A stretch of 64,000 nt of DNA from an uncultured Bacteroides sp. (GTDB lineage Bacteria > Bacteroidota > Bacteroidia > Bacteroidales > Bacteroidaceae), in contig CASELH010000032.1 of assembly GCA_949288715.1 (NCBI GenBank), forward strand, positions 9,817-73,816, in the 5' to 3' direction. A model generated the notes under the pieces. That model was given only the letters and a program-made list of their open reading frames with translations. It searched no databases and was not told where the DNA came from. The translations under genes and the position numbers were made by a program. Position 1 is the stretch's first letter. The number at the start of each line of letters is the position of its first letter. Shown piece after piece: positions 20,000 to 29,570 of the stretch.

Positions 20000-20878
20000 T
20001 TAGTCAAGCACTTTCACGCGGATGTTGCGGTACCATACATCGTCGCCGTGGTCTTGCAGGCCGATGTAGCCCTCGTGGTTGTCTCCGCCGCAGTTGTTCA
20101 GCAGTTCAAAGGCCAGGGGCCATGCTGTTTCGCTGAACTTGCTGGCCTGGAGCATGTCGGTCCATTGCTTGGTCCAGAGGTGGTATTCCACAACGTTCTG
20201 GTCGTTCTGTCCGTGTACCACGGTGCCTTTGTAGACCATGATTTTACCCTTGTTCCATTCGCCGAAGGGCTTAGAGTTCTGCGGCTTGGCGGGAATCATG
20301 TCGTACAGTGAGGCCGACTGGCGGTTGTTGTCCTTGCCCAACTTGGCATCGGGGTGGTTGGCATTGTCCAGCACTTGGTATTCGGGAGCGGAAATGTAGA
20401 TGGGCTCCAGCACTTCCTTGCCGTCCTTGTCCTTGGACATCACTTCCTGTGCCAGATACAGGATACCGGAGTTGCTGCCTTTGGCCACCTTCCACTCAAA
20501 CTCCAGCTCGAAGTTCTTGAACTTGTGGGAGAAGATAAGGTCGCCGCCGTCGGCTGCTTGGGCCTCGCCGCCGCCGCTGCCGTTGAACTTGATGCAGCCG
20601 TCCTCAACCACCCAGCGTGCGGGCACGTCTTCACGGCCATAGCCGCGCCAGCCTTTCATGGTCTTGCCGTCGAAGATGACGTAGTAGCCATCGGCATCCT
20701 TGGTCAGCTCGTCGAGGCTGATTTGCGGATTGTCCAGTACGCGGTATTCGGGCATTTTGTTCTCGGTCTTGGTCTGTGCCTCGTCCGTGGCTGCTTGTTG
20801 CTTTTTCTGGCCGCCACCGCAGGCCACCAGCGAGCCTGCAGCTACAATGCAGGCCAATGAGTAAAATACTTTTTTCAT
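20000..20878 (-). CDS. DUF1080 lipoprotein, 3-keto-disaccharide hydrolase (BT2157-like)
   Basis: Lipobox LVAC, IFDGKTMKGW, FKNFELEFEWK, GSNSGI, PEYQVLD, GLQDHGDDVWYRNI. Confidence 0.9.
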   Translation of the reverse strand: MKKVFYSLACIVAAGSLVACGGGQKKQQAATDEAQTKTENKMPEYRVLDNPQISLDELTKDADGYYVIFDGKTMKGWRGYGREDVPARWVVEDGCIKFNGSGGGEAQAADGGDLIFSHKFKNFELEFEWKVAKGSNSGILYLAQEVMSKDKDGKEVLEPIYISAPEYQVLDNANHPDAKLGKDNNRQSASLYDMIPAKPQNSKPFGEWNKGKIMVYKGTVVHGQNDQNVVEYHLWTKQWTDMLQASKFSETAWPLAFELLNNCGGDNHEGYIGLQDHGDDVWYRNIRVKVLD

Positions 20879-20922
20879 AAGACTTGTTTTGTGTTGTTAG
20901 TTGTTCTTTTATTAGGGAATGT

Positions 20923-22319
20923 TTATCTCGGCATGTCGGGCAGCTTCCAGCCTTCGCGGTAGTTGTGCTTGATGAGCTCGGCGGCAAACTGCTGTGCGTT
21001 GATGGGCTCCGTCCAAGTCTTGTCGAAGGTGGGGTGTCCGTTGTGAATCTTGAAGCCGTCCTTAATGACGGTGCGCAGCGTCTCGTCGGGTCCGATGTTG
21101 GTGAAGCGCATGTTGGGGCCGTCCCACTCCAGGGTCTTGTTGAGGCCTTGCAGGCGAATGGCGAGCACGCCCATCACTACCATTTCGTTCATGGGTCCTG
21201 CTTCCGAGAAGTCGGACTTGCACGGTACGCGGCTGTCCTTGCTCTCCTTGCAGGCACGCACCCAGTCCATTTCGTGACCGCCCTGCATGGCTTTGGGCAC
21301 ACGGCGGCATACCTTGGGCGCATTGGGCACACGGCCGGACAGCAGCCACGGATTCTCGCCATAGCAGCCGCAGATAAGGGTGTCCTTCGTGCCGTGGAAG
21401 ATGGTGAGACCACCGCCGCTCTGCATCAGTTCCTTGCCTTCGGGGAAGCCTTTCGGGCGGTCGGGCATCATGCCGCCGTCATACCAGTGCACTTCTACTT
21501 CGGGCATGGCCACCTTGGGCATGTTGTCGCGAGCTTCAGCGCGCGGAAAGGCTGGTGCAGGATGTGGCAGGCCATATCGCCCAGTGCTCCCGTTCCGAAG
21601 TCCCACCAGCCGCGCCAGTTCCAAGGATGATAAATGGAGTTGTAGGGACGCATCTTGGCCGGGCCAATGAACAAATCCCAGTCCAACGTGCGCGGCACGC
21701 GGTCTTCGCCTTCCGGCTCATTCAATCCTTGCGGCCAGATGGGGCGATTGGTGGCGCACTCCACTTTGTACACTTCGCCTATCTCGCCGTTCCATATCCA
21801 CTCGCACACCAGGTCGGTGCCTTCGGCCGACGAGCCTTGGTTGCCCATCTGCGTGGCTACGCCTGTAGAGGCAGCCATCTTGGTGAGCAGGCGCGACTCG
21901 TAAACGGAGTGCGTCAGCGGTTTTTCCACATACACGTGCTTGCCCATGGTCATGGCCTCGGCGGCAATGATGGCATGTGCGTGGTCGGGCGTGGCCACCA
22001 TGACGGCGTCGGCCGACTTGCCCAGTTCGTCAAACATCTTGCGGTAGTCCTTGTAGCGCTTGGCGCCGGGATACTCGTCAAACACGTGGCCGGCATACTT
22101 CCAGTCCACGTCGCACAGGCCGATGATGTTCTGCGACTTCAGGTTGCTCAATACCTGCGCACCCCGTCCGCCTATACCCACGGCCATGATGTTCAGTTTG
22201 TCACTAGGCGCTACGTGGCCAAATGAACTGCCCAGCACACTGCTCGGCACGATGGTCAGCCCGGCGAGGGCTGTAGCTCCTGTTTGCAGGAACTTTCTTC
22301 TTGACATTTTGTTGCTCAT
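20923..22319 (-). pseudogene. Tat-exported Gfo/Idh/MocA oxidoreductase (BT2158-like), frameshifted near 21532
   Basis: MSRRKFL Tat motif, [26 protein letters not shown]; C-terminal half ([20 protein letters not shown]...YREGWKL) is in another frame. Confidence 0.88.
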
Positions 22320-22335
22320 GATAGTAAATTAATTG

Positions 22336-23418
22336 TTAGATGATGTATTTTGAACGTAACAGTCCGTATCCGTTTTTCATGTTTCTTCTCCGCTCGCGGA
22401 TTTCCTCCAGCGTGGCCTGGTTGCCTATGGCGGGCAGGTCGTGCTGCCGTGCGTCGTCCAGGAACTTCCAGGCATACAGCGATGCCGTCATCGAGTCGCG
22501 CAAGGTGGGCAGTTGCGGGTTGCGCTTGCCCGTCAGCACCGTCTCGGCAAAGAGGCGGCATAGCGTGTCGATGTTCTTGCCGCCGTAGGGGCGTTCCTCG
22601 CGGATGGTCTGAGTCACCCCGCGCAGTTCCACCACGGCCGTCTTGAAGTCGTGCGTCATGCGTATGATGCCCTTGGTGCCTATGATGTCGGTGTACGAGT
22701 TGTGCGTCTGGTCTTTCGACAGCTGCCCGTACACGAAGCCCTGCGTGATGTCGAACACCACCCCGCTCTCAAACGTGCCGTGGCACTGCAGCCACCAGGG
22801 GTCTTTGTAGTCCCACATGCGCAGGCCCTGTGCGTGCCACGTCTTGAACTCGCTCTTGGCATACCAGCGCGCTATGTCCACGTAGTGCATGCCGCAGTCG
22901 TGGAAGGCAGGCCCCTCGTATTCGTGCCCTTCGCCCGGGGCAAGGCCCGGCGTCATGTGGCAGATTCGGATGATGGCCAGCTCGCCTATCTCCCCGCTGT
23001 CTATCCACTGCTTCATATAATTATGGTACCAGGAGTTGCGCAAGTACAGGTTGACGGTGGAGAAGATGGGGGCATGCTCGGCAGCCTTCACCGCCCTCCA
23101 CTCTTTTTCTATGCTTTCGGCTATGGGTTTCTCGCAGATGATGTGTTTTCCCCGTGCCACGGCTTTCTCAATCTGGTGTCCGCGCGAGTCGGCCAGGGTG
23201 AACAGTCCCACCACCTCGATGCTGTCGTCGGCAAACACCTCGTCTTCATCCTCCACCACCCGGCTTTGGGGCGATAGTGTGTGTGCAATCTCCCGGCATT
23301 TGGGGTCGGTGTCACATATATAAACTATGTCCCACTGCCCGCTTTTCTGCATTTCGGTAAAGTAAAATCGGCCCATCCGGCCAAAGCCTATCAAGGCCAC
23401 TTTTATCTGTCTATTCAT
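22336..23418 (-). CDS. Gfo/Idh/MocA oxidoreductase (BT2159-like)
   Basis: ALIGFGRMG, ICEKP, FHDCGMHYVD. Confidence 0.9.
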   Translation of the reverse strand: MNRQIKVALIGFGRMGRFYFTEMQKSGQWDIVYICDTDPKCREIAHTLSPQSRVVEDEDEVFADDSIEVVGLFTLADSRGHQIEKAVARGKHIICEKPIAESIEKEWRAVKAAEHAPIFSTVNLYLRNSWYHNYMKQWIDSGEIGELAIIRICHMTPGLAPGEGHEYEGPAFHDCGMHYVDIARWYAKSEFKTWHAQGLRMWDYKDPWWLQCHGTFESGVVFDITQGFVYGQLSKDQTHNSYTDIIGTKGIIRMTHDFKTAVVELRGVTQTIREERPYGGKNIDTLCRLFAETVLTGKRNPQLPTLRDSMTASLYAWKFLDDARQHDLPAIGNQATLEEIRERRRNMKNGYGLLRSKYII

Positions 23419-23571
23419 GGTTGTAGTGGTTTTTGAAGTTTGTCTGCTACAAATTTAAGGATAGAAACGTCGTCTGCTGCAGCTTGCAATGAATTGTGTA
23501 GTCTATTAAAACCTTTTACGCACTGTAATACTGCGTATTACGCATTTCATGGACGGAAATTATGTAGCTGC

Positions 23572-25242
23572 TCAGTGAGTTTTTCTTCCTATCTTCATCA
23601 CCATTTCCTCGAAGCAATCGCGCCGGCATACGGCTTTGTTCCTTATCTTGGTGCGGTAGTTATAGATGGTGCTCAGCGAGCAGCGCAGGAAGGCGGCTAT
23701 TTTCAGGCTGTCCGTAATGCCCAGCCGGAACAGGGCATAGATGCGCAGCTCCTTGTTGAGCAGTTCGCCCTTGCGGGGCACTATCTGCCCGTCTTCCTCC
23801 AGGAGGCTGTTGAAGTCTGTCACAAAGGTGGGGTAGAGGTTCAGGAAAATCTTGTCGAAGTGCGAGTACAGCTCCTCCACCTCGTTGTCGGCCACGGTGG
23901 TCGACTTCAGCTTACGCATCAGCGCGTCGTACTGCTTGTTGGCCCCCAGCTTGAACAACCCCTTGCGGTACTCTTCCATCTTGTCGATGTAGGCCGAGCA
24001 GAGGTCGAAAAACTGGGCGATGTACTGCTCCTTCACCGCGTTGGCCTCCGACAGCTTGGCGTTGCTGCCCTCCAGCAGGGTGTTTTTCTCGTTCAGCTCG
24101 GCGTTGAGGCTGGCCAGGCGGCTGTTGGTCACGGCCAGCTTCTCCTTGATGAGCGACACCTTGCGCATCTGCCGGTACACGTAGGCCACCAGCAGGATGA
24201 GGAACAACGTGAGCAGGCTGATGCAGATGAGGTAACTCTTCAGCTTGCTGCTGGTGCGGGCTTCCCGTTCCTGGTAAGAGGCATTGATGATGGAGTAGAA
24301 CGTGGACAGCTGCGCCGTGCGGAATTGCATGCCCGACAAGATGGCATCTTCCATGGCGAACTGCGAGTAGCGGAATGCCTCACCTATCTCCCCGTCGCGA
24401 TAGCAGATGATGGCCAGGTCGATGAACGACTGGTTCTCGCGTATGGCGTTCTTCACGTCGGCTATGACCGAGAGCATGTAGTACTTCTTTTGCTCGTCGC
24501 GCTCTCCCGTCCGTCCGTGCACCACGCCCAGGGCGTAGGCCACCCCGGCATATTCGGGCGTGTCGTGCCCCACCTGCCGCTCCAGGGTGTGCAGCAGGTT
24601 TTCGGCTTCTTGGATGCGGTGCGCGCCCAGCAGTTCGTATACCAGGTTTATCTTGTAGCTGAAGGTCGAGTCGGGTAGCACGGCCTGCAGCGAGTCGCGG
24701 TAAGCCACCGTCTGCTCCGAGTATCCGGGTTGGTTGGCTATCGTGGCGTAGTGGCTGTAGAAGTGCCCGCATGCCTCGTAGTAGGCGGGCAGCACCCGGG
24801 CGGGCAACGACTTGGCGTGGTAGCGGTGCAGCAGGTCTTCCGACTCGCGGAACTTTCCGCCGTAGGAGTACAGTTCGGCCAACTTGATTTCGGCCAGCGC
24901 CCTGAGGGCGGGGTCGGCCAATTGGCGGGCAGGCTCCACGGCCTTCTGCGCGTAGGCAATGGCCGAGTCCAGCTGGAACTTCCTGTAAGCGTCGGACAAG
25001 CGGGTGTTTATCTCATACTCGTACTCTGCCGAGGCAGTCTGCCTTCCGAAGAGTTCCTTCAGCCGCTCCAGTTCGCGCTCCTTGTGCTCTACATACAGCT
25101 TCTTGTCCGCCAGCACCAAGTCCAGCCGTTTGGCCACCTCCTTCAGCGTCTCTTCGGCATGTAGGGGCATGATGAAGGGCACGGCTGCCAGCAGGCAGGC
25201 CGTGGCGATGAGCCTCAGTTTGAAGAACGTGGTGCACGTCAT
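23572..25242 (-). CDS. Membrane-spanning one-component regulator, DUF6377 (BT2160-like)
   Basis: Signal peptide, TPR-like periplasmic region, single TM, coiled coil, C-terminal HTH (LRIYALFRLGITDS..IAAFLRCSLSTIYNYR). Confidence 0.85.
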   Translation of the reverse strand: MTCTTFFKLRLIATACLLAAVPFIMPLHAEETLKEVAKRLDLVLADKKLYVEHKERELERLKELFGRQTASAEYEYEINTRLSDAYRKFQLDSAIAYAQKAVEPARQLADPALRALAEIKLAELYSYGGKFRESEDLLHRYHAKSLPARVLPAYYEACGHFYSHYATIANQPGYSEQTVAYRDSLQAVLPDSTFSYKINLVYELLGAHRIQEAENLLHTLERQVGHDTPEYAGVAYALGVVHGRTGERDEQKKYYMLSVIADVKNAIRENQSFIDLAIICYRDGEIGEAFRYSQFAMEDAILSGMQFRTAQLSTFYSIINASYQEREARTSSKLKSYLICISLLTLFLILLVAYVYRQMRKVSLIKEKLAVTNSRLASLNAELNEKNTLLEGSNAKLSEANAVKEQYIAQFFDLCSAYIDKMEEYRKGLFKLGANKQYDALMRKLKSTTVADNEVEELYSHFDKIFLNLYPTFVTDFNSLLEEDGQIVPRKGELLNKELRIYALFRLGITDSLKIAAFLRCSLSTIYNYRTKIRNKAVCRRDCFEEMVMKIGRKTH

Positions 25243-25277
25243 GACAAAAAGGAGTTATGCGGTTGTGGCGGGCGGCG

Positions 25278-25730
25278 TCAGCGGCAGCATCCTCCGCGCC
25301 AATGCCTGCGCCCGTGACGGTGGTAGGGATAGGGGTGGTCGTGGCAGCAAGAGTCGCCCGCCACGTAGCACGAGTCGGCACAGTGGTGGCGGAAGCCCCG
25401 GCGGAAGTCACGTCGCGGATACCGGTCCGGCTGGCGGTCGGTAGCCTGCTCGCGGCACTTCATGCGCAGCACCTTGCCGTCGAGAAACCAGATGCGTATT
25501 TCCTCCACCGTGCCGTCGTTCTTTTCGGTGTTGCGGAAGGTCCACACCTCCTCCGGCCCGTCGATGTCGCGCAAGGCCGGGTCGCCAAGAATCTTCTTCA
25601 CCTGCTTCACGGTCATGCCCTGCTCTATGCTGCCCACCTGGGCGGGGGTGAATCCGTCTGCCAGCGTCATGCTGCAGGCCAGCGTGGCGATAGCCACGGC
25701 AAACAGGGCTGTAAGTAACTTGTGTTTCAT
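25278..25730 (-). CDS. Secreted SmpA/BamE-like domain protein with His/Cys/Arg-rich tail
   Basis: Signal-like N-terminus; IEQGMTVKQVKKILGDP...EEVWTF...IWFLDGKV. Confidence 0.6.
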   Translation of the reverse strand: MKHKLLTALFAVAIATLACSMTLADGFTPAQVGSIEQGMTVKQVKKILGDPALRDIDGPEEVWTFRNTEKNDGTVEEIRIWFLDGKVLRMKCREQATDRQPDRYPRRDFRRGFRHHCADSCYVAGDSCCHDHPYPYHRHGRRHWRGGCCR

Positions 25731-25847
25731 GTCTTGCTGTGTTTTAAGCGTAAAGTTTCTCCGCAAAGATAGGAAAGTGCCGTCAAACCGCCAAGCCCCG
25801 CGCCGGGTTTTCTATTGAATCATTATGCTGAGATTAAAAAGAAATCT

Positions 25848-25920
25848 TTCATCCGCAGATGACACGGATAACACGGATAAAAATATAAAATCTGCGTCAT
25901 CCGCGTCATCGGCGGATGAA
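25848..25920. repeat. 9-bp-unit palindromic element (GATGACACG-type)
   Basis: ttcatccgcagatgacacggataacacggat ... atctgcgtcatccgcgtcatcggcggatgaa. Confidence 0.75.
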
Positions 25921-26223
25921 AAATAATAGGCGAAGTTTTTTTACAATTCCCTCCTCGGGACGCGGCACGGGTCTCAGTCGTACCCCATTCGTACCTCATT
26001 CGGTACCGGCTCGCTCCCGCCGGGGCGCCATGGAGCGAAGCCGGAGCGTAGAAAAAATGAACAAGGTAGCGCGCATGTGCGGGAAATGTCTTACCTTTGC
26101 AGCCGGAAAAAAAGAAAACGGCATCGTGCAGTAATCGGCCTGCCCTTGCATTTACCCTTTGCAAAGAGATAAGACTGTGAAGTGAAACCTGCTTTAACTA
26201 TCAAAGAGACATTACTGTAACTT

Positions 26224-27192
26224 ATGGAGAGACAAATGCCAATGGTGAGCGTCATCGTGCCCAACTACAATCATGCCGCCTTCCTGAAGGAGCGCATCGA
26301 GAGCATACTGGCGCAGACTTATCAAGACTTTGAATTGATTCTGCTGGACGACTGTTCTACCGACTGCAGCCGCTCCGTGCTGCAGGCCTATGCCCGCCAC
26401 CCCCGCGTGTCGGCCCTGGTAATGAACGACACCAACACGGGCAATACCTTTGTGCAGTGGGACCGAGGCATACGCCTGGCCCGAGGGCGCTACATCTGGA
26501 TGGCGGAGAGCGACGATGTGGCCGACCCCCGCTTCCTGGAGGCCACCGTGCGCGCCCTGGAGGCCAACCGCGAGGCCGTGATGTGCCTCACCGGCTCCAT
26601 CCTGATAGACGAGCACAGCCGCCCGCTGGCACGCGCCAGCCGCGACCGCTGGGAGGAGACGGGCGAGGTGAAGTGCTTCGACGGCCGTGAATACGTGCAC
26701 CACAACCTGCTCTACCGCAACTACGTGTACAACGCCAGCATGGTGGTGTTCCGCCGCGACGTGTATGACGGGCTCGACAAGTCGTTCCAGCGCCTGCGTT
26801 GCGCGGGCGACTGGCAGTTCTGGGTCGAAATGGCGCTCACAGGCCCTGTACTCGAGGTGCGCAGCAAGCTCAACCGCTTCCGCCAGCACAGCAACAAGGT
26901 CACCGTGCGCGGGCGCATCACCGGCGAAGATGCGTCGGACACCATCAAGCTGCTCGGCTACCTCTTGCCCCGCGTGCACATCTCGGCCTACAAGCGCTGG
27001 CTGGTGCTGGGCATGTGCTACCGCCGCATCCGCAAGTCGCACGCTGCCCCCGTGTTGCGCAGCCGCATCTTTGCCGAGGCCGAGCAGACGCTGGGCGCCT
27101 CCGTGTTGTGCTACGGGCTGGCCAGAGCCAACCGCATGCTGGCCTATGCCATACCTTTCCTGCCGACGCATAAGAGGGAGAAGCTGAAGTAA
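26224..27192 (+). CDS. Glycosyltransferase family 2
   Basis: VSVIVPNYNH, LILLDDCSTD, MAESDD, AGDWQFW. Confidence 0.9.
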   Translation: MERQMPMVSVIVPNYNHAAFLKERIESILAQTYQDFELILLDDCSTDCSRSVLQAYARHPRVSALVMNDTNTGNTFVQWDRGIRLARGRYIWMAESDDVADPRFLEATVRALEANREAVMCLTGSILIDEHSRPLARASRDRWEETGEVKCFDGREYVHHNLLYRNYVYNASMVVFRRDVYDGLDKSFQRLRCAGDWQFWVEMALTGPVLEVRSKLNRFRQHSNKVTVRGRITGEDASDTIKLLGYLLPRVHISAYKRWLVLGMCYRRIRKSHAAPVLRSRIFAEAEQTLGASVLCYGLARANRMLAYAIPFLPTHKREKLK

Positions 27193-27194
27193 AC

Positions 27195-28121
27195 ATGGGG
27201 CACAAGATAGCCATCATAATACCGGCCTATAAAAGCCGCTTCCTGCGCCAGACGCTCGACTCGATGGCGGCACAGACGTGCCGGGACTTCGCCGTGTATG
27301 TGGGCGACGATGCCAGTCCCGAGCCGCTGGAACCCATTGTACGTGCTTACGAGGGCAAGCTGTCCGTCACCTACCACCGCTTTGCGGAAAACCTGGGCGG
27401 GCGCGACCTGGTGGCCCACTGGGAGCGTTGCATCGCCCTGTCGCGCGAGCCGCTGGTTTGGCTTTTCTCGGACGACGACCTGCTGCCGCCCGACGGCGTG
27501 GAGCGCGTGCTGGCAGCTGCCGGCCGTTATGGCACGGAGAAGGTATTCTTCCGCCTGCCGCTCATCGTGGTGGATGCCGAAGGGCAGCAGAAGTTGGCCA
27601 ACCCGCCCTTGTCCGAGGGCAAGACGTCCGACTACGCCTTCCTGCTCGACAAGCTGAACGGGCGCATCAGTTCGGCAGCCATAGAGTATGTGTTCAGTCG
27701 TGACGTGTGGCGGGTGTCGGGAGGCTTTGTCAAGTTCCCCTTGGCCTGGTGCTCCGACGATGCCACGTGGGCGCGTTTCGCCCACTATGCCGGGGGCATG
27801 ACAAGCGTGCCGGGGGCGCCCGTCTGCTGGCGGAATGCCGAGGGCGAGAACATCAGCAACTCTTCCCGCTTCGACCGCGAGAAGCTGTGTGCCACAACCC
27901 TTTTCATCCGGTGGATAGCCCGTACCTACAAGTGCCGCAAAGGGGACAGTGCGCTTGCGGGGGCTTTGGGGCGCTATGCCCACACCATTTTGCGCTGTTC
28001 GGTCAGGGGAAATTACGGCTTGTCAGACCTCTTGCGGCTATGCGCCGCCTTGGGTGGGATAAGCCTGTCGGCGGCAGGCTATGTGTGCTTGCGCCACTTG
28101 TTTCACATCAAAAGACTTTAG
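27195..28121 (+). CDS. Glycosyltransferase family 2
   Basis: AIIIPAYK, VGDDAS, LFSDDD, AWCSDD. Confidence 0.87.
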   Translation: MGHKIAIIIPAYKSRFLRQTLDSMAAQTCRDFAVYVGDDASPEPLEPIVRAYEGKLSVTYHRFAENLGGRDLVAHWERCIALSREPLVWLFSDDDLLPPDGVERVLAAAGRYGTEKVFFRLPLIVVDAEGQQKLANPPLSEGKTSDYAFLLDKLNGRISSAAIEYVFSRDVWRVSGGFVKFPLAWCSDDATWARFAHYAGGMTSVPGAPVCWRNAEGENISNSSRFDREKLCATTLFIRWIARTYKCRKGDSALAGALGRYAHTILRCSVRGNYGLSDLLRLCAALGGISLSAAGYVCLRHLFHIKRL

Positions 28122-28123
28122 CT

Positions 28124-29449
28124 ATGAAACCTAAGATTCTTTTCATCACCCCTTATATCCCTTATCCCTTGGATTCGGGTGGAAACCAAGCCTTCTTCAA
28201 CATGGTCGATTACCTTCGCCGCAGCATGTCGGTGTCCATATTGCTGTACCCCCGCACCGTCGGGCAGAAAGCGGATGTGGAGCAGCTGAAGGCTTTGTGG
28301 CCTGATGTGGGCTTCTTTCTTTATGAGCCGAAGAAAGAGGAGGAGCCCATACCTTTTGTGAGGCATCCCCTCTACTACAAGTGGCTGCTGAAGGCGCAGG
28401 CATCCATCAAGCGCAAGCTGAGAAGGCAGCTTAGGAAGATACCCCGGCTGGCGGGAAGGGATGCGGGAATAGACGTGATGCGGCAAAAGACTGTCATTCC
28501 GACTTCCATATTTGAAAGGTTGGATAGCGGCTACTTGAATTTTGTGACCCGCACGGCACGGCTGGGGTTTGACATCGTACAGGTGGAGTTTTACGACCTT
28601 ATCTCGCTGGGGTATGTCTTGCCGGACGATGTGGAGACCATCTTTGTGCACCACGAGTTGAGGTATGTGCGCAATGAAAACGAGATGGCGCTCTTCCACG
28701 AGGTGACGGCAGAAGACCGCATGCTTTTCCGCATTGCGAAAGACTATGAGCGCGGCGCCTTGAACAGCTACAAGCACGTGATAGCCTTGACGGACATAGA
28801 CCGGAAGCTGCTTGAGGAGTTCCTGGGGCGCAAGGAGCGCATTTATGCGTCGCCGGCGGTGGTGAATATGTCGCAAGATGGCAAGGGAGACTTTGTGCCT
28901 TGCACAGCCGGCAGGCTGACTTTTGTGGGAAGCGAAAGCCATACGCCCAACCTGGACGCCGTGGTGTGGATGTGCCAGGAGGTGATTCCCCGCCTGCGCT
29001 TGCGGGGAGAGAAGTTTACCTTCCAGGTCATAGGGAAGTGGCGGTCGCCCTATGTGAAAGAGTTGTGTCGCCTTTGCCCGGAGATGGAGCTGATGGGCTA
29101 TGTGGATGACTTAAGGGCTTTCTTAGAAGGCAGTATAGCTGTGGTGCCCATCCGCATAGGCAGCGGCATGCGGATGAAGATTCTGGATGCCGTCACCGCA
29201 CGCTGCCCCTTTGTCACCACTGCCAAGGGGGTGGAGGGCATCGACCTGGAGAATGGCCGCGAGTGCCTCATGGCTGATGACCCCGATGCCTTTGCCGATG
29301 CCATTATCCGTCTGGCTGGCGATGCAGAGTTGCAGGAGCAGCTGGCCCTGCGTGCGGAGGCGAAGTTGCAGGCTTTGTACAGCCCGGGGCAGATGCAGCA
29401 GCGCCGGCTGGACATCTATAAGGGCATCTTGCAGCACGGCGACATGTAA
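28124..29449 (+). CDS. Glycosyltransferase family 4
   Basis: ILFITPYIPYPLDSGG, FVGSESHTPNLDA, VVPIRIGSGMRMKILDA. Confidence 0.88.
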   Translation: MKPKILFITPYIPYPLDSGGNQAFFNMVDYLRRSMSVSILLYPRTVGQKADVEQLKALWPDVGFFLYEPKKEEEPIPFVRHPLYYKWLLKAQASIKRKLRRQLRKIPRLAGRDAGIDVMRQKTVIPTSIFERLDSGYLNFVTRTARLGFDIVQVEFYDLISLGYVLPDDVETIFVHHELRYVRNENEMALFHEVTAEDRMLFRIAKDYERGALNSYKHVIALTDIDRKLLEEFLGRKERIYASPAVVNMSQDGKGDFVPCTAGRLTFVGSESHTPNLDAVVWMCQEVIPRLRLRGEKFTFQVIGKWRSPYVKELCRLCPEMELMGYVDDLRAFLEGSIAVVPIRIGSGMRMKILDAVTARCPFVTTAKGVEGIDLENGRECLMADDPDAFADAIIRLAGDAELQEQLALRAEAKLQALYSPGQMQQRRLDIYKGILQHGDM

Positions 29450-29451
29450 AC

Positions 29452-29497
29452 AAGACCATTTCTCCTCCCCACCGGGACACTGCCCCTTCCCGCCCTT
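29452..29497 (+). repeat. 46-bp direct repeat, left copy
   Basis: aagaccatttctcctccccaccgggacactgccccttcccgccctt; 44/46 identical to 30447-30492. Confidence 0.9.
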
Positions 29498-29536
29498 TTC
29501 AATGCGGGCCTTGTTGATATTCTGAACGGAAAGTGC

Positions 29537-29544
29537 TATCTTTG
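29537..29544 (+). promoter_or_regulatory. Bacteroidetes -7 promoter element for the Rpn gene
   Basis: TATCTTTG 27 bp upstream of the ATG. Confidence 0.6.
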
Positions 29545-29570
29545 CGCGTAGAACGAAAATATGCTCTCTT

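Noticed and set aside
26130-26223. Invertible promoter or JUMPstart/ops element upstream of the glycosyltransferases
   Set aside because: No flanking inverted repeats or ops-like motif recognised.
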